Part shown: one piece after another, positions 58,186-64,000 of the stretch
How the letters are laid out: each line of letters starts with the position of its first letter
Position numbering within the stretch: the stretch's first letter is position 1
Origin: an uncultured Chloroflexia bacterium
GTDB lineage: Bacteria; Chloroflexota; Anaerolineae; JAAYZQ01
DNA: 64,000 nucleotides
Direction of reading: 5' to 3'
Assembly: GCA_963700285.1 (NCBI GenBank)
Contig: CAVOXA010000009.1
Location: 192,001-256,000 of the forward strand
Made by a program: the position numbers and the translations under genes
The notes under the pieces: generated by a model
Databases searched by the model: none
What the model was told of the DNA's origin: nothing
Seen by the model: only the letters and a program-made list of their open reading frames with translations

Positions 58186-60140
58186 ACGCCTTTGCCCGAC
58201 TGCACCAGCGCCTCGTGGATTCTGGAGAAGCTGGGTCACCTGGTCCTTTGTCCCGGCAGCGATTCTTTGTTCTCCTGGTCATAGGCTGCGCGCTCCTGGT
58301 CTTTGTGATCACCTACTTTGCACGGGTTTCCTACTCGAGATCGGATCCTCTACCCAGCCTCCTGGTATCCCAAGCCATATTGCAGCAACACACAATCAGA
58401 CTCGATGCCTACATGGACTCGCCAATCCTGGAGCGGCCGGGATTTACCGCAAAAGCTGAAAATGGACACAACTACTACTACTGGCCCCTCGGTCCCTCCG
58501 TCTATTCGATCCCCTTTGTGTGGCTGGCGAATCTGTATGGAAAGGATATGGCTGAGCCTAACCAGAACGATTGGGTACAGAACCTGATCGCTGCTGGCCT
58601 GTGCTCCCTGGTATTTGTCATCCTCTACAAGATCTGCCGGCGATTTGTCAGCCCTGGGGCCAGCCTGGTGATAGCAGCGGTCTCCACGTTCGGGAGTGCG
58701 CTCATCAGCACCATGGGGACAGCACTCTGGAACATTGACTATGCCGTGCTCTTTATCGCGCTGGCCCTCCTGCAGCTTATCTACCTCGAAACGGGAGAAC
58801 CAGAACAGACCAATCCTACCCTTCTCGGCGGGCTACTCTTCTGCGCCTTTTTCTCCCGACCTTCTACCTTGACTTTTATCTTGGTTACCCTCGTCTTTCT
58901 GCTGCTCAGACACCGCCGGGTCTTTGCCAAGGCCGCAGCCGTGGCCCTTGTTCTGCTGGTCGGCTTCCTGGCATTCTCCTGGCTGGAGTACGGGCAACCC
59001 TTCCCCGACTATTACTCGGTGGGCAGGCTGCAGGTAGATAGGGGCCCGCTCTGGGTGGCCCTTTACGGGCATTTCCTCAGCCCTTCGAGGGGCATTTTGA
59101 TCTACAGTCCTTTTTCCGCCCTGCTGCTGGCCGGTGTTTTGGCATCCTTCTGGAGCCTGCGCCGGGATCCCTTGTTCTGGTTCGGCGCTACCTGGTTTGG
59201 CCTGCACATTGTCGTTGTCTCGAGGTCCACTATCTGGTGGGGGGGACATTCCTACGGGCCCAGGATCCTGACGGAGGTGATCCCGGCCCTGGTTCTGTTC
59301 ACAGCCCTCCTGTGGCGCGCCGTCTCCCGGAAGTACAGCCTGCGCGTGCAGAAAGCCGTTGTGGCCAGCTACATCCTCCTTGGACTGGCCGCGGTATTCA
59401 TCAACAGCTATCAGGGCCTCTATAATCCCAGTACACAGCGCTGGAATGGTACGGGACTGGATCCCAACGTGGCCTATTCTGCCTACGTACTCGATTGGCG
59501 ATATCCACAGTTCACGGCTACCTACCCAGCCATTTGCGCTCGAAATCGCGAACTTTTGTCCCACGCGCTCGAACGCGGCGCCTTTGACCTGGCAACCTAC
59601 AAACCGGGCGACACGATCACCTATGCCAGCGGCATCGACATCATCCCTCCCACACCAGTCATGTCGACGGAGGCCGTGAGCCAGGTTCCGGACGAGTGGC
59701 TTGTCCCCCACTCGCACCAGGTCTTGCTCCCTGCCATCTCTTTTGCACGAGAGAATGCCATCTTTGTTGGCTGGTCAGAGGCGAGGAATGGTACTCGCTG
59801 GTCCGAATGTACGGAAGCTGGCATCGTCTTTGAGCTCGGAGAGGTGGATCTTGAGGATCAGCCATATTTGCTCGAGATCTCGGCCGGGTCGCTGGGTGTG
59901 CAGAGGGCGAGCGTCTACCTCAACGGGGTTGGCATCGGTAATCTCGTCTTCCCGGGACCTGTGACGGCGCCCAGCAGGCGCACGATCCCGTTCGATGGGG
60001 CGCTTCTTGACCCAAACGGCCTGAACGAAATCAGATTCCACCTGCCCGACGCCAGGTCGCCAAACAGACGCGACCCGCGCATTCTGGGTTTGACCTTGAT
60101 GGACCTGCGCATTGACACTACCAGCGAAGTCGAGCCATAG
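58182..60140 (+). CDS. Polytopic GT-C-like glycosyltransferase with extracellular C-terminal beta domain
   Basis: TTG overlaps the upstream TGA; 'SD..P', 'YYWP.G', 'SPSRG..IYSP', 'WWGG.SYGPR.L', C-terminal 'GWS..E...RWS....A...F...D.R.LG'. Confidence 0.7.
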   Translation: MNAFARLHQRLVDSGEAGSPGPLSRQRFFVLLVIGCALLVFVITYFARVSYSRSDPLPSLLVSQAILQQHTIRLDAYMDSPILERPGFTAKAENGHNYYYWPLGPSVYSIPFVWLANLYGKDMAEPNQNDWVQNLIAAGLCSLVFVILYKICRRFVSPGASLVIAAVSTFGSALISTMGTALWNIDYAVLFIALALLQLIYLETGEPEQTNPTLLGGLLFCAFFSRPSTLTFILVTLVFLLLRHRRVFAKAAAVALVLLVGFLAFSWLEYGQPFPDYYSVGRLQVDRGPLWVALYGHFLSPSRGILIYSPFSALLLAGVLASFWSLRRDPLFWFGATWFGLHIVVVSRSTIWWGGHSYGPRILTEVIPALVLFTALLWRAVSRKYSLRVQKAVVASYILLGLAAVFINSYQGLYNPSTQRWNGTGLDPNVAYSAYVLDWRYPQFTATYPAICARNRELLSHALERGAFDLATYKPGDTITYASGIDIIPPTPVMSTEAVSQVPDEWLVPHSHQVLLPAISFARENAIFVGWSEARNGTRWSECTEAGIVFELGEVDLEDQPYLLEISAGSLGVQRASVYLNGVGIGNLVFPGPVTAPSRRTIPFDGALLDPNGLNEIRFHLPDARSPNRRDPRILGLTLMDLRIDTTSEVEP

Positions 60141-60176
60141 CGCGCTCGTCTCTGTCTGGAATGGAGGAGGCAGACC

Positions 60177-60578
60177 ATGACCGTACAACTGGACATTCGT
60201 ACCCGGACCCAGAGCGAGCTCCAGGATATCACGGCTGAAGTGCAGCGCGCCCTGGCTGAGACCGGCGTACAGCAAGGGGTCTGCCACATCTTTGTGCCCC
60301 ATACGACGGCGGGGGTAACGCTCAACGAGAACTGGGACCGTGATGTCAGGGGCGACCTATTGCGCGCTTTGGTGGCGATGGTCCCTGATGTGCCCTACCA
60401 TCACGGCGAGGGAAACTCGCCGGCGCACCTCATGTCCACGCTGGTGGGGGCCAGCGAGACGCTGCTGATCGAGGGGGGCAGGCTGGTACTCGGGAGCTGG
60501 CAAGGGGTGTATCTGGCCGAGTTCGACGGTCCTCGCCAAAGGCGGGTGTTGGTCAAGATGGTACCTGACGTATCGTAG
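60177..60578 (+). CDS. yjbQ: YjbQ family protein (UPF0047)
   Basis: 'PHTTAG..NEN.D', 'H.EGNS.AH', 'LG.WQG..L.EFDGPR.R'. Confidence 0.92.
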   Translation: MTVQLDIRTRTQSELQDITAEVQRALAETGVQQGVCHIFVPHTTAGVTLNENWDRDVRGDLLRALVAMVPDVPYHHGEGNSPAHLMSTLVGASETLLIEGGRLVLGSWQGVYLAEFDGPRQRRVLVKMVPDVS

Positions 60579-60580
60579 GC

Positions 60581-61216
60581 TCAGTCAAAGACGACGACCT
60601 CTTTGCCGTGTAGCTTTTCCAGCACCCGGCTGGCGATCAGCTCCAGGTGCAAGTTCACGGCCACGAAATTGAGATCGTCCGTCGGGATCGTCAGGACAGG
60701 GCACAGCGAAAAGCCATCCACCCAGGCATCGTATAGCTCGTTAAGCTGGGTAAGGTACTCCGGGGCAATCTGTTGCTCATAGTCGCGCCCCCGCTGCCGG
60801 ATCCGCTCCTGCAGCACAGGCACCGAAGCCTGCAGATAGATGACCAGGTCGGGTGGGGGCAGGATGGTGATGACCGTCTGGTATAGGTCCCAGTAGCTTG
60901 CCCAGTCTCGTTCACTCATATGTCCTTGCAGATGCAAGTTTCGGGCAAAGATCTCGGCATCCTCGTATACGGTGCGGTCCTGGACGACCGTACCGGGCCG
61001 GTCGATGATCTGGCGGTGATGGCCCAATCGTCGCGACAGAAAATAGACCTGGGAGTGAAAGCTCCAGGTACACATATCCTTGTAGAAATCGGCCAGGTAG
61101 GGATTGTCGTCCACCGCTTCGTAGAAGGGTTCCCAGCAGAGGTACTCGCTCAGCTTGCCCGTCAGCGTGGACTTGCCCACCCCCACGTTGCCGGCCACGG
61201 CAATGAACTTTTTCAT
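60581..61216 (-). CDS. Deoxynucleoside kinase
   Basis: 'IAVAGNVGVGKSTL', 'NPYL.DFY', 'QDRT.YED..IF', 'PDL.IYL', 'RGR.YE'. Confidence 0.95.
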   Translation of the reverse strand: MKKFIAVAGNVGVGKSTLTGKLSEYLCWEPFYEAVDDNPYLADFYKDMCTWSFHSQVYFLSRRLGHHRQIIDRPGTVVQDRTVYEDAEIFARNLHLQGHMSERDWASYWDLYQTVITILPPPDLVIYLQASVPVLQERIRQRGRDYEQQIAPEYLTQLNELYDAWVDGFSLCPVLTIPTDDLNFVAVNLHLELIASRVLEKLHGKEVVVFD

Positions 61217-61317
61217 GCTCCTGTCTCTCCTCTCGGTCTCCGCTGGGGCTCGGTCGAGGACCTCGCCCAACCGACGCGCTGATGAACTTTGACAACTTGG
61301 TCGGGTCATTCCGTGAC

Positions 61318-61425
61318 CTCGTCATTCTGAGCGCAGCGAAGAATCTCTTCTTCCCTTTTCAGGTGATTCCACTTGAGTAGGTGGAGATTCTTCGCCTCCA
61401 CTACGCTCCGGCTCAGAATGACGAG
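61318..61425. repeat. REP-like GTCAT-type inverted-repeat element
   Basis: CTCGTCATTCTGAGCGCAGCGAAGAATCTC ... GAGATTCTTCG...GCTCAGAATGACGAG; 15-bp perfect terminal IR plus an inner 11-bp IR. Confidence 0.85.
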
Positions 61426-61525
61426 CCTATGGGAACCGCCTATTCAGCTCGGACCCCACTACCGATTTAGGTTGTCAACAAGCATAAGCGCGCATCACGA
61501 ACCAGACGATTGTCGGGGTTGGGGC

Positions 61526-63553
61526 CTAGTTGTCAGAGATGGCCGGGCTGGGTCGTCCGGCAGCGGTAAAGACCAGCTCGGTGCCCAGGTAGAGCTGGTC
61601 TCCCCACCCGGCTTTAACCAGTACGTCCCGGTCTTCCCTGGTCATCTGCACTTCCACCTGGGCGGCACCCACCTTCCGGGCCAACGCCTCGATCCAGGGT
61701 ACCATCTGTTCCTGGGCGAAGGCTATCGCCTCATCCAGGTCATAGAAATCATGGATCCCCTCCGGCAGGTGAAGGCGCAGCAGCTCGCCATCCTCCATGG
61801 GCGCAATGAGCACGCGCTGGCGCTGCACGACGCCACCGGCCACGGCACCGACGGCGTTGGCCACTTCGGCGTAGGGCGGAATGATCAGATCCGTGTTTAG
61901 CCGTTCAGCGACCCGAGGCATGTAGGCTTCCACCGGTGCGCCGATGGCCACGATGGGCTGGCGCAACGTCAGGGAAAAGCCCAGGTCGCTCCCGTGCCCA
62001 TCGTCCAGCGCCCGCTCCAGGAGCGCTGCCGCCGTGGGCTCTTGATCCCAATCCGGGAGACGGCACTCATCGCTCAGTACCTTGCTCACCAGGGCCGTCG
62101 CAGCCCGCCGTGACACGCCTTCCACCACATCGCGGCAAAAGTCATCCGGAGCACGGCGGCCATGAGCCGCCAGTACCCGGGCGCCCAGCCTTGCCGCCTC
62201 GGCATCCCACAGATCGAGGCGGCCCAAGGCATGCAGGGCATCCGTGGGCGTGAAACCAGCCTGCTGCACCAGTCGCTCGGTAACCAGGCGCTCAATGCGG
62301 CGCAGTACCAGAGCGCCATAGCGGGACTCTTGCACAAGCGCCGGCAGAGATGCAGGCCCCCGGGCCAGCCGTTTCAGGATGGCGGCTTCGTCGTCGTCCA
62401 ACGACCGTGTAGGGTGCCGGCGCGCCAGCAGGAACTGAACCGCGACATCGTCGCGCGGAGGCACCGTGGCCTGGCTGCGAAGCTCACTGACCACCTCGGG
62501 ATACTGGCTGGCCAGCAAGCTGAGTGGCACCACCCGGCGCGGACCGATGACAAGACGTCGGTCGGGCGTCACCCGCACATGGCTATCGCCGCCCAACCCC
62601 TCGGTGTAGACATCCACGGCCTCAACCATCGTCCGCCAGCGTCCCACTTGGGCGCCCTCGGGATTCACCTGGGGCCGGCCCTCCCGCAGCCCAGCGATGT
62701 CCGTGGTCGTTCCCCCCACGTCTATCGCCCACAACCGGCCATCCTGGAGATCGCCATTGGCATGCTGGGCCAGTTGCCAGGCGCCTACCGCGCTGGCTGC
62801 CGGTCCCGACAGAATGGTCTCGATGGGCCGCTGCATGGCCCACTCGGCGCGCACCAGGGAACCGTCGCCCTTGACAACCATCAATGGCGCCGCAACCGAT
62901 CGCTCCGATAGGGCCTGGCGCAGCGTATCGATCAGCTCCCGCAGCAAGGGCACGAGCCGGGCATTGAGGGCCACGGTCGTAGCCCGTCGCACAGAGTTCA
63001 GACGGGTGGTCAGGTCGTGGCCGCAGGTAACGGGCAACCCAGTCCGCCCTTCGATCAGCTCCCGGGCCCGCAGCTCGTGGGCCGGATTTCGCACGGCGAA
63101 ATAGCCCGACACGGCAAAAGCTTCAACCCGCTCCCGACGGGCCAGGACGGCCTGGAGCAAGGTGTCCTCGTCCAGGGGCGCGGCTTCATCGCCGTGGATG
63201 TCGTGTCCGCCCTGGATATAGACTACGTCGTCGGTGACCAGATCCTGCTCAAAGCCGTACTGCTGGATCAGATCGGGATCGTAACCGATGAGGATCAGGC
63301 ACACAGGACTGCCCTGCCCCTCCACGATGGCGTTGGTCGCCAGCGTGGTGGACAGGGCCGCCAGGCCCACGTCCCCTGGCGGAGGCGCCCCAGGGCGCGC
63401 AAAAACTGCGTCGACCGCCTCACCGATGCCGATGGACAGGTCCCGCCGCGTCGTCAGGGCCTTGGCCGAGCAGAGGACCTGGCCGCTGTTGTGATCAATC
63501 AGCACGGCGTCAGTATACGTGCCTCCTGTGTCGATGCCTAGTGCAATGGTCAT
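61526..63553 (-). CDS. Hydantoinase/oxoprolinase family protein
   Basis: 'GIDTGGTYTDA', 'STTLATNA', 'R..T..LNA.L', 'TILSGPAAS', 'DVGGTTTD', 'PTDA', 'VANAVGA'. Confidence 0.92.
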   Translation of the reverse strand: MTIALGIDTGGTYTDAVLIDHNSGQVLCSAKALTTRRDLSIGIGEAVDAVFARPGAPPPGDVGLAALSTTLATNAIVEGQGSPVCLILIGYDPDLIQQYGFEQDLVTDDVVYIQGGHDIHGDEAAPLDEDTLLQAVLARRERVEAFAVSGYFAVRNPAHELRARELIEGRTGLPVTCGHDLTTRLNSVRRATTVALNARLVPLLRELIDTLRQALSERSVAAPLMVVKGDGSLVRAEWAMQRPIETILSGPAASAVGAWQLAQHANGDLQDGRLWAIDVGGTTTDIAGLREGRPQVNPEGAQVGRWRTMVEAVDVYTEGLGGDSHVRVTPDRRLVIGPRRVVPLSLLASQYPEVVSELRSQATVPPRDDVAVQFLLARRHPTRSLDDDEAAILKRLARGPASLPALVQESRYGALVLRRIERLVTERLVQQAGFTPTDALHALGRLDLWDAEAARLGARVLAAHGRRAPDDFCRDVVEGVSRRAATALVSKVLSDECRLPDWDQEPTAAALLERALDDGHGSDLGFSLTLRQPIVAIGAPVEAYMPRVAERLNTDLIIPPYAEVANAVGAVAGGVVQRQRVLIAPMEDGELLRLHLPEGIHDFYDLDEAIAFAQEQMVPWIEALARKVGAAQVEVQMTREDRDVLVKAGWGDQLYLGTELVFTAAGRPSPAISDN

Positions 63554-64000
63554 GAAGGATCCTCCCGTCGCCGCCAGCAGGTCTTTTGTAGGGCACAGTA
63601 TTTGCAGGCCGACCCCACCTTGTTCGTTTCATACTCTGGTCCCAGCCCAATGATGCCCGAGGCTGACTTGTGGGGTTCCAGAACGCAATGGGAGTTGAGT
63701 TCTACGCCAATGGACTCCAGGGGTAGCAGGCCGCACAGTTCCCGCTGGCCCCGCAGTGACCAGCCCACCAGTGACCCAGGGCTCAGAGAAGGACTCACGC
63801 CCCAGCCCATGTCCGCAGCCGTCTCCTCGGCCAGACAGCGGATCGCTTCGCCGACAGCGCCCAGCGCTACTACACCAGCATTGTCCAGCATGTACGCCTT
63901 CAGGGTCTGGCGCTCATTGTGAAGCTCGTGGACTCGCTGCCCCAAGGCCGGGCCAATGGTCGCCACAGTCACTAGAACTCGCTGGGCACCCTTCATAAGG
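63550..64000 (-). CDS. Methionine synthase activation-domain-like protein, C-terminal part (truncated by window edge)
   Basis: 'ATIG', 'LD..G', 'SPG', 'W....Q', 'IGV.L......P.KS.S..IG', 'C..C....C..R'; stop overlaps the hydantoinase start. Confidence 0.75.
   Translation of the reverse strand, partial: LMKGAQRVLVTVATIGPALGQRVHELHNERQTLKAYMLDNAGVVALGAVGEAIRCLAEETAADMGWGVSPSLSPGSLVGWSLRGQRELCGLLPLESIGVELNSHCVLEPHKSASGIIGLGPEYETNKVGSACKYCALQKTCWRRREDPS

Overview
GC-rich bacterial chromosomal segment. It is most consistent with Chloroflexota (Anaerolineae-like), based on the lineage-typical '(Y/H)LPL(I/V)' protein motif, GT-C/DUF2723 membrane proteins and inverted heptamer intergenic repeats; this is an inference and no search was run. 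Left to right the window holds: (1) envelope glycosyltransferases, a DUF4349 lipoprotein, a CDF transporter, a lamin-tail/phospholipase D protein and an M28 peptidase (1-11.4 kb); (2) a ~15 kb all-minus-strand accessory block with AI-2E, DUF1345, a DUF1269-arylsulfatase fusion, META, a K+ channel, two SulP, DUF2252, SHOCT, DUF6325 and ClC, with a scrambled pseudogene scar at its left edge; (3) two NarL-type two-component systems, a rhodanese, DUF2892 and a DUF2318/MacB-type ABC module; (4) an energy island (38.7-49.5 kb) with a polyferredoxin, an ECF sigma/anti-sigma pair, a Tat-exported group-1-type [NiFe] hydrogenase, HypC, a heptaheme cytochrome c and DUF4405; (5) an ABC / kinase / nucleotidyltransferase / flippase / HprK-like / GT-C operon; (6) YjbQ, a deoxynucleoside kinase, a REP-like element, a hydantoinase-like gene and a partial MetH-activation-like gene. 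The most striking feature is the hydrogenase. Its large subunit has an in-frame TGA exactly at the second, Ni-Fe bridging Cys of the L1 motif (RICGV-TGA-TTVH), followed by a SECIS-like hairpin, while L2 keeps Cys. It also has a Cys->Asp proximal-cluster ligand, no membrane anchor or adjacent cytochrome b, and a Chloroflexota sorting-like motif shared with the neighbouring multiheme cytochrome. Many genes carry single-base frameshifts that look like long-read sequencing errors, so pseudogene calls need caution. No rRNA, tRNA, CRISPR array or transposase was recognised.
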